A stretch of DNA of 64,000 nucleotides from NCBI GenBank assembly GCA_016715765.1, contig JADJZJ010000009.1, positions 30,484-94,483 on the forward strand. The letters are read 5' to 3'. Shown here one piece after another: positions 1 through 8,734 of this stretch; position 1 is the first letter of the stretch; the number at the start of each line of letters is the position of its first letter. Both the position numbers and the translations under genes were made by a program. The notes beneath the pieces are model-generated. The model was given only the letters and a program-made list of their open reading frames with translations, made no database searches and was not told the origin of the DNA. The DNA comes from Opitutaceae bacterium (GTDB lineage Bacteria; Verrucomicrobiota; Verrucomicrobiia; Opitutales; Opitutaceae).

Positions 1-1170
1 CAACCAGCGGTGGAGCCCGGCATCCTTGGGAAATAGATCCATGAGCGCGGCGTCGGTCGCGCGGATGTCGGCGGGATCGCCCGAGAGCGCCACCCAGCGG
101 AAAGGTCCGCGACCCAGACAGAACTGTGGCCGGATGTAGGCGGGCACGAAACCCGGGAAGGCAAAGGCGCGCTTCACGCCCTGATCAAACGCGTGCTGGC
201 GGAGGTTGTTGCCGTAATCGAAGGTCTTTGCCCCGCGCTGCTGCAGCGCGAGCATCGCACGCACATGCCGGGCCATGGAGGCGAGTGAGAGGCGCTGGTA
301 CTTTTTTGGATCGGACTTGCGCAGTTTGGCGGCGGCTTTCAGGTCAAAGCCGACGGGGACATAGCCCACGAGCGGATCGTGCGCGCTGGTCTGGTCGGTG
401 AGAACATCGACGCGAATCCTGCGAGCGAGCAGGCGTTCAAGCAGGTCGGTGATGTTGGCCGTGACGCCGATGCTGCGGGCGGCGCGACGCCCGGCACAGT
501 GCACGGCGCGGTCGATGGCCGCGTCGAGCGTGGGTGCGATTTCGTCGAGGTAGCGGTCGTGGACGCGTTTCTGCAGGCGGGATTTGTCCACGTCGGCAAT
601 CAGGCAGGTACCCTCGGCCATCGTGATGGCCAGCGGCTGGGCCCCGCCCATGCCGCCACAGCCACCGGTGACGCACAAGCGGCCGGCGAGCGTACCGCCA
701 AAATGCTGGCGGCCGGCCTCGGCGAAAGTTTCATACGTGCCCTGCAAGATGCCCTGCGTGCCGATGTAAATCCATGAACCCGCCGTCATCTGGCCGTACA
801 TCATCAGGCCGCGTTTCTCGAAATCGTCGAAGACCTCCTGCGTGGCCCACTTGGGCACGATGTTGCTGTTGGCGAGCAGCACGCGCGGGGCATCGGGATG
901 CGTGCGGACGACACCCACGGGTTTGCCGGACTGGATGAGGAGGGTCTCGTCGGGGGCGAGCTTGGGGAGCGCGGCGATGATGGCGTCGAAGCAGGGCCAG
1001 TTGCGCGCCGCCTTGCCGCGTCCGCCGTAGACGACGAGGTCCTGCGGCCGCTCGGCGACCTCGGGATCGAGGTTGTTCATGAGCATGCGCATGGCGGCCT
1101 CGGCGGCCCAGGTCTGGCAGGTAAGCTTGTTGCCGCGCGGGGCGCGGATGGTGCGGGGCGAGGATTTCAT
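1..1170 (-). CDS. hutU: urocanate hydratase (partial; C-terminus cut by window start)
   Basis: Minus-strand translation from ATG at 1170 reads [58 protein letters not shown]..., the conserved urocanase N-terminus. It also contains [13 protein letters not shown]. The frame stays open to position 1; it is absent from the ORF track because no stop lies in the window. Confidence 0.9.
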   Translation of the reverse strand, partial: MKSSPRTIRAPRGNKLTCQTWAAEAAMRMLMNNLDPEVAERPQDLVVYGGRGKAARNWPCFDAIIAALPKLAPDETLLIQSGKPVGVVRTHPDAPRVLLANSNIVPKWATQEVFDDFEKRGLMMYGQMTAGSWIYIGTQGILQGTYETFAEAGRQHFGGTLAGRLCVTGGCGGMGGAQPLAITMAEGTCLIADVDKSRLQKRVHDRYLDEIAPTLDAAIDRAVHCAGRRAARSIGVTANITDLLERLLARRIRVDVLTDQTSAHDPLVGYVPVGFDLKAAAKLRKSDPKKYQRLSLASMARHVRAMLALQQRGAKTFDYGNNLRQHAFDQGVKRAFAFPGFVPAYIRPQFCLGRGPFRWVALSGDPADIRATDAALMDLFPKDAGLHRWL

Positions 1171-1254
1171 GAGTGAGGGGGAGACAGGAGCCAGGAGTCA
1201 GGAGGGGAGGAGGACTTGGCGTATGGGGAAGCTAAGTTTGCAGATCGGGTCAGG

Positions 1255-1307
1255 GTAGGCCGCGAGCTCGCTCGCGCTTCAGGAGCGCCTGCAAGCAGGC
1301 GGCCTAC
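1255..1307. repeat. REP doublet (GTAGGCCGCGAGCTCGCTCGCG / GCGCCTGCAAGCAGGCGGCCTAC) in the hutH-hutU spacer
   Basis: Two GTAG-headed GC-rich palindromic units lie in inverted orientation. The same unit types recur at 6721-6792. The right unit overlaps the hutH stop codon (CTA at 1304-1306). Confidence 0.6.
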
Positions 1308-2842
1308 ACAAGCTGACCGCACACCTGCTCGGTGGCGGCGATGAGCGTGCCGCTGCGGACGAGTTCGAGCGCGGTCTGGATGTCGTTGTGGAAGAGCCGG
1401 TCGGCCTCGGCGAAGGCCAGGTGCCGGCGGACCTCGGCATGCGCGGCCTCGACGCCGCGGCCGGCCTTGAGCGGGTGGATGAAATCGAGCGCCTGTGCCG
1501 CGCTCATCAGTTCGATGGCGAGGACGGTCTCGGTGTTGTTCACGACCTCGAGGAGCTTGGTCGCGGCGATGGCGCCCATGGACACATGATCCTCCTGGCC
1601 GAGCGAGCTCGGGATGGAGTCCACGGAGGCGGGATGCGCGAGAATCTTGTTCTCGGAGACGAGCGCGGCGGCGGCGTACTGCGGCAGCATGAATCCGCTG
1701 TTCAGACCGGTGTCGCTCATAAGGAGCTTGGGCAGCTTCTTGTCGCCCATGGTGTCGCCAAGGAGGAGCAGGTAGAGTCGGCGTTCGGAAATGGACGCCA
1801 GTTCGGCGGTGGCAATGGCGAGGTAGTCGAGGGCGAAGGCCAGCGGCTCACCGTGGAAATTGCCGCCGCTCAGCACGTCGCCGTTCGGAAACACCAAGGG
1901 GTTGTCGGTGACGGAATTGATCTCGGTCTCGACCGTCGCCCGGGCGTGGCGCACGGCATCGCGGACCGCACCATGCACCTGCGGCACGCAGCGGAGCGAA
2001 TACGGGTCCTGCACTTTTCCGCAGTTGAGATGCGAGGGCAGGATCTCAGAGGCGATGAGCAGCCGGCGGACATTGTCGGCGGTCTCCTGTTGGCCCGGAT
2101 GGGGCCGGGCGGCATGGATGCGGGCATCGAAGGGCGTGGCGCTCCCGCGCATCGCCTCAAGGGTCATCGCGGCGGTGAGGTCGGCGACCTTGAGCAGATC
2201 GGTGATGCGCAGCAGCGCGTGCACGGCGTGCGCCGCCATGAACTGCGTGCCGTTGATCAGGGCGAGCCCCTCCTTCGATTTCAGCCGCAGCGGCGGGAGG
2301 CCGAGGGATTGGAGGGCCGCGGTGGCGGCTATTTTACGTCCGCCCTGCCAGACTTCACCGAGGCCGAGGAGCCCGAGCGTGAGATGCGCCAGCGGCGCGA
2401 GGTCGCCCGAGGCACCGAGTGAGCCCTTGGCGTAAACCACCGGGCTGAGCCCGGCGTTGTAAAAGCGCAGCAGGTAGTCGACGAGCACCGGACGCACGCC
2501 GGACAAGCCGATGGCCAGGGCGTTGACCTTGAGCAGCAGCATCAGCTGCACGATGGCGGGATCGACCTCGTTCCCCACCCCGACGGCATGGCTGAGGATG
2601 AGGTTCTCCTGCAGCTTCTCGATGTCGGCCGGAGCGATGCGGGTGTGGGCGAGTGCCCCGAAGCCGGTGTTGATGCCGTAATACGACCGTTCGCCGGCCT
2701 GCAGGCGGTCCACAATCACCCTTGAAGCCGCGATGCGGTCCCGGGCCCCGGCATCCACTCCGAGCGGCCCACGCGAGGCAATCAATTGGCGAATCGCTTC
2801 AAGGGTCAGGCCGCTGCCGCTGAGCAAATGGATTTCAGCCAT
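1304..2842 (-). CDS. hutH: histidine ammonia-lyase
   Basis: This is the C-terminal 512 aa of the 951-aa track ORF, starting at ATG 2842 (MAEIHLLSGSGLTLEAIRQL...). It has the ASGDLAPLAH (Ala-Ser-Gly MIO) signature and GNFHGEP. The part of the ORF upstream of 2842 is antisense to hemN. Confidence 0.95.
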   Translation of the reverse strand: MAEIHLLSGSGLTLEAIRQLIASRGPLGVDAGARDRIAASRVIVDRLQAGERSYYGINTGFGALAHTRIAPADIEKLQENLILSHAVGVGNEVDPAIVQLMLLLKVNALAIGLSGVRPVLVDYLLRFYNAGLSPVVYAKGSLGASGDLAPLAHLTLGLLGLGEVWQGGRKIAATAALQSLGLPPLRLKSKEGLALINGTQFMAAHAVHALLRITDLLKVADLTAAMTLEAMRGSATPFDARIHAARPHPGQQETADNVRRLLIASEILPSHLNCGKVQDPYSLRCVPQVHGAVRDAVRHARATVETEINSVTDNPLVFPNGDVLSGGNFHGEPLAFALDYLAIATAELASISERRLYLLLLGDTMGDKKLPKLLMSDTGLNSGFMLPQYAAAALVSENKILAHPASVDSIPSSLGQEDHVSMGAIAATKLLEVVNNTETVLAIELMSAAQALDFIHPLKAGRGVEAAHAEVRRHLAFAEADRLFHNDIQTALELVRSGTLIAATEQVCGQLV

Positions 2843-2989
2843 GGTATTACGGGGGTTGGAGGTGGTGATGTTGCCCGTCCCCCGGGCCGCGGGCAAGGAC
2901 AGGACCAACATGCGCCCTTGAATCCGCCGAAAGAATGACTCTCTTAAGGTCTGCCAATCCACCGCCCGCCACCGGGCAACGACCACTTC

Positions 2990-4387
2990 ATGATTTTGCC
3001 CAACGACACCAACCCACCGGTCAGCCTCGACCTGGACCTGATCCGGAAATACTCGGTCGCGGGCCCACGCTACACCTCCTACCCGCCCGCGACGCAGTTC
3101 ACGGACAAGCTGCCCGACCTGCGCCTTGAGGAGGCCATCGCGGATGACAACCGCCCGGGGGCCGGTCCGCTCTCGCTCTATTTTCACCTCCCCTTCTGCG
3201 AAACCCGCTGCTGGTTCTGCGGTTGTACCACGGTCATCACCCGCCGCCGCGCCTCGGCCGGCGAATACCTGGTGGACCTCACGAAGGAAGTGGAGCTCAC
3301 CGCCGCGCGCATGGACACCAAGCGCCCGGTCTCGCAGGTGCACTTCGGCGGCGGCACACCCACATTTTCGCCGCCCGACGAACTCCGCCGCCTGGGCGCG
3401 CTGATCCACAAGCACTTCAAACTGGCGCCCGATTGCGAGTTCAGCATCGAAGTGGATCCGCGCCGTCTGTCCGAGGACCACGTGAAGGCCCTCAAGGAAA
3501 TCGGCGGCAACCGCGCCTCCCTCGGCGTGCAGGACACCAACGCCGCCGTGCAACTGGCCGTGCACCGCATCCAGCCGCACGAGCTCAACATCCAGGTTTT
3601 CAACTGGCTGCGCAGTTACGGGTTCCGCTCGCTCAACGTGGACCTCATCTTCGGCCTGCCGCTGCAGACGCCGGAGAGCTTTGCCCACACGATTGACGAT
3701 GTCCTCGGCCTGAATCCCGACCGTCTCTCGGTCTTCAGCTACGCCCATGTGCCATGGATCAAGCCGGCGCAGAAGATCTTCGACGACCGAGCCAACCTGC
3801 CCGACGCCGAGACCAAGCTCGCCATGTTTGCCATGGCCCACCGGAAGCTCACCGAGGCCGGTTACGTGGACGTCGGGCTCGACCATTTTGCCCGGCCGGA
3901 TGACGAACTCGCCGTCGCCCAGCGCGAGGGCACGCTGCACCGCAATTTCCAGGGCTACAGTACCCGCGCCGGTGCCTCGCTGTACGGGTTTGGCATGTCG
4001 TCGATTTCGCAGACCAACGACACTTTCCGCCAGAACATCAAGGACCTCGCCGCCTGGCGCGAGGCCCTGGCCAAAAACCAGCTGCCCTCCGAACGCGGCT
4101 ACCGCCTGACCGAGGAAGACCAGCGGCGCCGCGTGCTCGTGATGAGCATCATGTGTCACCGCAAATTGGACTACGCCGCCCTGACCAAGGAACTCGGCGT
4201 GGATGTGCCCGCCATGTATGCCAAGGAAATCGCCTCGCTCACGGACCTGGAGGCGGACGGTCTGCTGAAGCGCACGTCCACCGGGGTCACGGTCACGCCC
4301 ATCGGCGGACCGCTCCTGCGCGTGATCGCGATGCGTTTCGATGCGTATCTGTCAAAGGCGCCGAACCGCCATTCGAAGACGATCTGA
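2990..4387 (+). CDS. hemN: oxygen-independent coproporphyrinogen III oxidase (radical SAM, HemN family)
   Basis: 465-aa ORF with LIRKYSVAGPRYTSYPPATQF, the radical-SAM motif CETRCWFCGC, and a HemN-like C-terminal domain. Confidence 0.9.
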   Translation: MILPNDTNPPVSLDLDLIRKYSVAGPRYTSYPPATQFTDKLPDLRLEEAIADDNRPGAGPLSLYFHLPFCETRCWFCGCTTVITRRRASAGEYLVDLTKEVELTAARMDTKRPVSQVHFGGGTPTFSPPDELRRLGALIHKHFKLAPDCEFSIEVDPRRLSEDHVKALKEIGGNRASLGVQDTNAAVQLAVHRIQPHELNIQVFNWLRSYGFRSLNVDLIFGLPLQTPESFAHTIDDVLGLNPDRLSVFSYAHVPWIKPAQKIFDDRANLPDAETKLAMFAMAHRKLTEAGYVDVGLDHFARPDDELAVAQREGTLHRNFQGYSTRAGASLYGFGMSSISQTNDTFRQNIKDLAAWREALAKNQLPSERGYRLTEEDQRRRVLVMSIMCHRKLDYAALTKELGVDVPAMYAKEIASLTDLEADGLLKRTSTGVTVTPIGGPLLRVIAMRFDAYLSKAPNRHSKTI

Positions 4388-4510
4388 GGGATGGACGGTT
4401 GGGACCGCTAATGGGATTTCGTCAATAGACGAAATCTTGGAAGTGAAGCTCCGGCTGGTCGCCTCCGCCTCGCTTCAGGGGTCTGCTGATCGCAGACAGG
4501 GGGAGCCGTT

Positions 4511-4670
4511 GTAGGGCGGGGTCTCCGAACCCCGCCTTTCCTGGCTTCCCGCTAGAATCCATTCTTTCTCGTTCTCTTTATCTTTCTCTTTCTCGGCTTG
4601 GATATTTGGGCGCACGATTGCGACCGATGGCAGTCGCGCTCCCAGGCGGGGTTCGGAGACCCCGCCCTAC
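4511..4670. repeat. composite intergenic repeat: inverted pair of GTAGGGCGGGGTCTCCGAACCCCGCC REPs flanking a CT-rich module and a GCGCACGATTGCGAC hairpin module
   Basis: REP(+) lies at 4511-4536 and REP(-) at 4645-4670. The internal stretch 4556-4645 matches the reverse complement of 13555-13640 at roughly 85% by eye. Confidence 0.75.
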
Positions 4671-4863
4671 AATCAATCCAGCCCGCGATTAGCGGGCCCA
4701 AAACTTACCGCGGAGGCGATGAGCCGAAGCATATCCCAAACTGGTGCCTGCCCTCCGTAGCCTTGGCGAAGGAGGGGCGAAATCATATCAGCGTTCTCCC
4801 TTCTCCTTAAAAAACTAAAACCCGGCTTTGCGCCCGGCCAAGTTTCCGCTAGGGTCCGTGGCC

Positions 4864-5316
4864 ATGTCCGATCTCGCCGACCTTTACCAGCAGGTCATCC
4901 TCGACCACAACCGCCGCCCGCGCAACCGCGGCAAGTTGCCGACGGCCAACCGCGTGGCCCATGGCGACAACCCCTCTTGCGGCGACCAATGCAGCGTGTA
5001 CCTGCGGCTCGACGGCGACCGCATCGGGGACATCTCCTTCGACGGCTCCGGCTGCGCCATCTCGCAGGCCAGCGCCTCGCTCATGACCGTGCAGCTCAAG
5101 GGCAAGACCGCCGCCGAGGCCGAGAAACTTTACCAGCAATTCCACGACATCGTCACCACGGGCAAGGAACCCGAGGAAATCAGCGACATCGGCGCCTTCG
5201 CCGGCGTCCACGCCTTCCCCGCCCGCATCAAATGCGCCACCCTCGGCTGGCACGCCGCCCTCAACGCCCTGAAGGGCGATCCGGTTCCCGCCACCACGGA
5301 GACGCACAAGGACTGA
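4864..5316 (+). CDS. sufU: SufU/IscU-type Fe-S cluster assembly scaffold / sulfur acceptor
   Basis: MSDLADLYQQVILDHNRRPRNRG..., with conserved Cys contexts NPSCGDQ, GSGCAISQASAS and IKCATLGWHA. It sits directly upstream of sufS. I chose the ATG at 4864 over the track start at 4828. Confidence 0.85.
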   Translation: MSDLADLYQQVILDHNRRPRNRGKLPTANRVAHGDNPSCGDQCSVYLRLDGDRIGDISFDGSGCAISQASASLMTVQLKGKTAAEAEKLYQQFHDIVTTGKEPEEISDIGAFAGVHAFPARIKCATLGWHAALNALKGDPVPATTETHKD

Positions 5317-5321
5317 AATCA

Positions 5322-5420
5322 AATCTTTCTCTTTCCTCTTTATCTTTCTCTTTAGTCAGTGGCCTTAACCCCCAGGCTCAAACCGGGAGAAAGATTAAGA
5401 GAAAGAGGAAAGAGAAAGAA
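5322..5420. repeat. CT-rich/AG-rich long inverted repeat (TCTTTCTCTTTCCTCTTT...) filling the sufU-sufS spacer
   Basis: The left arm (5324-5353) and right arm (5388-5420) are reverse complements, with a perfect core of at least 18 nt. The same CTTTCTC-type module occurs at 4564-4595 and 13606-13637. Confidence 0.7.
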
Positions 5421-5428
5421 TCGACACC

Positions 5429-6667
5429 ATGCCCACCTGGCCCAACGTCCGCGCCGATTTCCCCGTCCTGCACCAACAGGTGAACGGCAAGCCGCTCGTC
5501 TACCTCGACAACGGCGCCACCTCGCAGAAACCGCGCAGCGTCATCGACGCCCTGGTGCATTATTACGAACGCGACAACAGCAACGTCCACCGCGGCCTCC
5601 ACACCCTCTCGATGCGCGCGACCGACGGCTACGAAGGCGCCCGCACCCGCGTTGCCAGGTTCATCAACGCCGCCGATCCCGCTGAAATCATTTTCACCCG
5701 CGGCACGACCGAGGGCATCAACGTCGTCGCCCGGAGCTGGGGCCACGCGCACCTGAAGCCCGGCGACATCGTGCTCGCCACCGGGATGGAGCACCATTCC
5801 AACCTCGTGCCGTGGCAGCAGGCCGCCCGGGCCTCGGGCGCCACGTTCAAATTCGTCCCCGTGCTGGGGGCAGACGCCGAGGGCGGACTCGATCTTGCCG
5901 CCCTCGACCAACTGCTCACGCCGCAGGTGAAGGTCTTCGCCTTCACGCACATTTCCAACACCCTCGGCACCATCAATCCCGCCGCGGAATTCTGCCGCCG
6001 GGCCCGTGCGGTCGGGGCGGTGACCGTCATCGATGCCGCCCAGTCCGTCGGCCATGGCCCGCTGGATGTGCAGGCCCTCGGTTGCGACTTCCTCGCCTTC
6101 TCCGGTCACAAGATGTGCGGCCCCACCGGCATCGGCGTCCTCTACGGCCGCCGCGCCCTGCTGGACAAACTCGCCCCCGACGAGACCGGTGGCGGCATGG
6201 TCGTCAGCGTGACCTACGAGGCCGCCACCTGGAAACCCGCCCCCGAGCGCTTCGAGGCCGGCACACCCAATGTCGCCGACGCCATCGCCCTCGGCGCCGC
6301 CTGCGATTACCTTGACGCCCTCGGCCGGGACCAGATCGCCGCGCACGACGCCTTGCTCGCCCAGTACGCGATGGAACAGCTCTCCGTTCTCCCCGGCATT
6401 CGCATCATCGGCCCGCGGGTCGGCGCGCCCCGCAGCGGGCTCGTCAGCTTCGCCTTCGAGGGCGTGCACGCCCACGACATCGTGACCTTTGCCGACGAGG
6501 ACGGCGTCGCCCTCCGCGGCGGCCACCATTGCAACCAGCCGCTCATGCGCCACCTCGGCCTCACCAGCACCACGCGCGCGAGCTTCTACCTCTACAACAC
6601 CGAACAGGAAATCGACGTCCTCGTGGCGAGCATGCGCCGGATCCTGAAGTTTTTCGGGACGGCGTGA
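5429..6667 (+). CDS. sufS: cysteine desulfurase, SufS subfamily
   Basis: 412 aa: FPVLHQQVNGKPLVYLDNGATSQKP..., NVHRGLHTLS, the PLP-lysine context FSGHKMCGPTGIG, and the active-site loop RGGHHCNQPLM. Confidence 0.93.
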   Translation: MPTWPNVRADFPVLHQQVNGKPLVYLDNGATSQKPRSVIDALVHYYERDNSNVHRGLHTLSMRATDGYEGARTRVARFINAADPAEIIFTRGTTEGINVVARSWGHAHLKPGDIVLATGMEHHSNLVPWQQAARASGATFKFVPVLGADAEGGLDLAALDQLLTPQVKVFAFTHISNTLGTINPAAEFCRRARAVGAVTVIDAAQSVGHGPLDVQALGCDFLAFSGHKMCGPTGIGVLYGRRALLDKLAPDETGGGMVVSVTYEAATWKPAPERFEAGTPNVADAIALGAACDYLDALGRDQIAAHDALLAQYAMEQLSVLPGIRIIGPRVGAPRSGLVSFAFEGVHAHDIVTFADEDGVALRGGHHCNQPLMRHLGLTSTTRASFYLYNTEQEIDVLVASMRRILKFFGTA

Positions 6668-6678
6668 AGGAATCATAT

Positions 6679-6821
6679 GTAGGGCGGGGATTCCGATCCC
6701 CGCCTGCCATTGTCGCTCCAGTAGGCAGCGAGCTTGCTCGCGCATGAATCGCGTTCGTCCGCCGAATGAGCGCCCGCCAGCGGGCTGCCTACGGTGGCGG
6801 GGATCGGAATCCCCGCCCTAC
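6679..6821. repeat. nested REP doublets: GTAGGGCGGGGATTCCGATCCCCGCC pair enclosing a GTAGGCAGCGAGCTTGCTCGCG-type pair
   Basis: The outer units lie at 6679-6704 (+) and 6796-6821 (-). The inner units lie at 6721-6743 (+) and 6770-6792 (-). Confidence 0.75.
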
Positions 6822-6895
6822 ACCACACCCTTCCGCGCCGGACTTTACTTCGGTCGCCAACAGCGTTATCAGGTCATCCGGGTGCCCCGCACTCA

Positions 6896-7702
6896 ATGAC
6901 CATGAAGCCCGTCCCGCGAGCCGGTCCGCTGCTGCTGGAAGCTATGCAGTCGTTTTTCCGCCAAGGTCGTTTTCTGGTCTGCACCTTTGCCGCTTGTGCC
7001 CTGCTCCTCGGCGGCTGCGTCTCCGCGAAGTACAAGACGATCGAAAAGAAAACGTCGCCGGTGTCGTTGAATCTCACCGGCGAGAAATCACCGGTCGCCG
7101 TCAGTGTGCAGAGCGTGATCGTTTATCGCGGCCCGGGTTCCTGGAAGCGCGATGCCTATTGGGACGAATATATCGTAGCCCTGGCCAACCAGGGGGAAAC
7201 ACCCGTCACCCTCGAATCGGTGACGCTCACCGACTTCACCGGCACCGCCAGTCCCCCGAGTGACAATCCCTGGGCGCTGGAAAAACAAAGCCGGGACCGT
7301 GAGGAGGAACTGAGGGCCAACGTGAAGGATGTCCTGTTACAGATTGGCGGTGGCTACGTCATCATGTCCGTTGCGGTCACCGGCGGCCTGGCCGTCGCCG
7401 GATTCGCCGGCGGCGTGCTGGCGATGCCGGCCTTCGTGGCGGGAACGATATATGCCAACGTCCACCAGCGCCACCTGGTCGAGGGCCAGTTTGCCAAGCG
7501 GCGCATCGTCCTGCCGGCGACCATTCCTCCCGGTCAGGCAGCGCAGGGCAGCCTCTTCTTCCGCATCTCTCCCGGGCCCAGGCAGCTCGCATTCTTGATT
7601 CAATACGACGGCGGCTACCGGAAGGTCGTGGTCGACCTCGCCCCGCTGGCCGGCCTGCACTTCAAGCCCAAGGAAAAACCGGCGGCACCGGCCGGGAAAT
7701 AA
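6896..7702 (+). CDS. hypothetical lipoprotein/membrane protein
   Basis: The ORF has a lipobox-like signal (FAACALLLGGC) and an internal Gly/Ala-rich hydrophobic segment. I recognised no family. The start is uncertain: ATG 6896 or the downstream MQSFF. The track start at 6794 lies inside a REP. Confidence 0.55.
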   Translation: MTMKPVPRAGPLLLEAMQSFFRQGRFLVCTFAACALLLGGCVSAKYKTIEKKTSPVSLNLTGEKSPVAVSVQSVIVYRGPGSWKRDAYWDEYIVALANQGETPVTLESVTLTDFTGTASPPSDNPWALEKQSRDREEELRANVKDVLLQIGGGYVIMSVAVTGGLAVAGFAGGVLAMPAFVAGTIYANVHQRHLVEGQFAKRRIVLPATIPPGQAAQGSLFFRISPGPRQLAFLIQYDGGYRKVVVDLAPLAGLHFKPKEKPAAPAGK

Positions 7703-7705
7703 ATT

Positions 7706-7842
7706 GTAGGGCGGGGTTTCCGAACCCCGCCTTCGTAGCTACGAGCGTGAGCGAGTGGATTACACGCTTCGGCTGTCATACGTCCACTCGCTCACGCTCG
7801 TAGCTACCTCTTTCAAGGCGGGGATCGGAATCCCCGCCCTAC
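7706..7842. repeat. nested REP doublets: GTAGGGCGGGG-type pair enclosing a GTAGCTACGAGCGTGAGCGAGTGG pair
   Basis: Outer units at 7706-7731 (+) and 7817-7842 (-); inner 24-nt units at 7735-7758 (+) and 7784-7807 (-). The same architecture occurs at 23074-23196. The right outer unit contains the stop codon of the MBL gene. Confidence 0.8.
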
Positions 7843-8579
7843 ACCACCGGCGCACTGCGCCGCTTGGCCCGCAGCGCCAGTTTTCTTAGCAGCAGGTCAA
7901 ATCGCCTCCGGTGCAGCGTGCCACCGAGCACATCGTAATGCTGCGGCACCATGAAACGCGGATTCAGCTGCCTCGCCTTTTCCAGGCTCCCCGGAATCAA
8001 CGCCGGTTCACTGTTCAGGATCGGCGGCGGCAGGTGCACGTTGAAGAAATAGCTCGCGAACAGATCCCCGCTGAAAAGGAGGTCGTGCCGGGCGCTGTAA
8101 AAGCCGCAGTGCCCGAGCGTGTGTCCCGGCAGATGCACCACGCGCAATCCGCCCCAGAACGGCAGTTCATCGCCGTCCGCGAGGGGCACATCAATCTTCA
8201 CCGGCGCGCCCGTGCGCAGTACCGCCCGCCCCACCCGCTCCAGGCGTCCGCACCAGCGGTTCACGCCCGCATAGGGATATTTACCATCGATGTGCGCCTG
8301 CTCCAGCGGATGGGCATACACCGGCGCCCCGGTCCACGCCTTGGCCCAGGCCGCATTGCCGGCATGATCGATGTGGCCGTGGGTCAGCAAGATCGCCCGC
8401 ACGTCACGGGGACCCAGCCCCAGCCGCCGCAAATGCCACCGGATCTGCCACGGCTCGCCCACGAGTCCCGTGTCGAGAAGCACCGCGCCGCGCCCGTCCG
8501 GCTCGATGAGCAGATGGCAGACGCCCATCACGCCGCGGAGGGTGCGGATATGCCGCTGCCAGTCACCTGCTTCGGTCAT
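7839..8579 (-). CDS. MBL-fold metallo-hydrolase
   Basis: 246 aa with the HGHIDHAG (HxHxDH) motif and the downstream LPGHTLGH. Confidence 0.85.
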   Translation of the reverse strand: MTEAGDWQRHIRTLRGVMGVCHLLIEPDGRGAVLLDTGLVGEPWQIRWHLRRLGLGPRDVRAILLTHGHIDHAGNAAWAKAWTGAPVYAHPLEQAHIDGKYPYAGVNRWCGRLERVGRAVLRTGAPVKIDVPLADGDELPFWGGLRVVHLPGHTLGHCGFYSARHDLLFSGDLFASYFFNVHLPPPILNSEPALIPGSLEKARQLNPRFMVPQHYDVLGGTLHRRRFDLLLRKLALRAKRRSAPVV

Positions 8580-8734
8580 CCGGCCATGTCACCCGCTGCC
8601 CGCGCCATCGTCAACGCCGCGGTCCCGGATGCTGACACTCTTTTCCCTTTCAAAACCACCGGAAAGCGGACACCTATTCCACGCCCCCTCTGCGGACCCC
8701 TCCGCATCAGTTCAATCCTCGCCCACCGCTATCC

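Noticed and set aside
1304-4159. 951-aa ORF read as a single large protein.
   Set aside because: Only the C-terminal 512 aa (from ATG 2842) are histidine ammonia-lyase. The upstream part is antisense to hemN and has no protein-like features.
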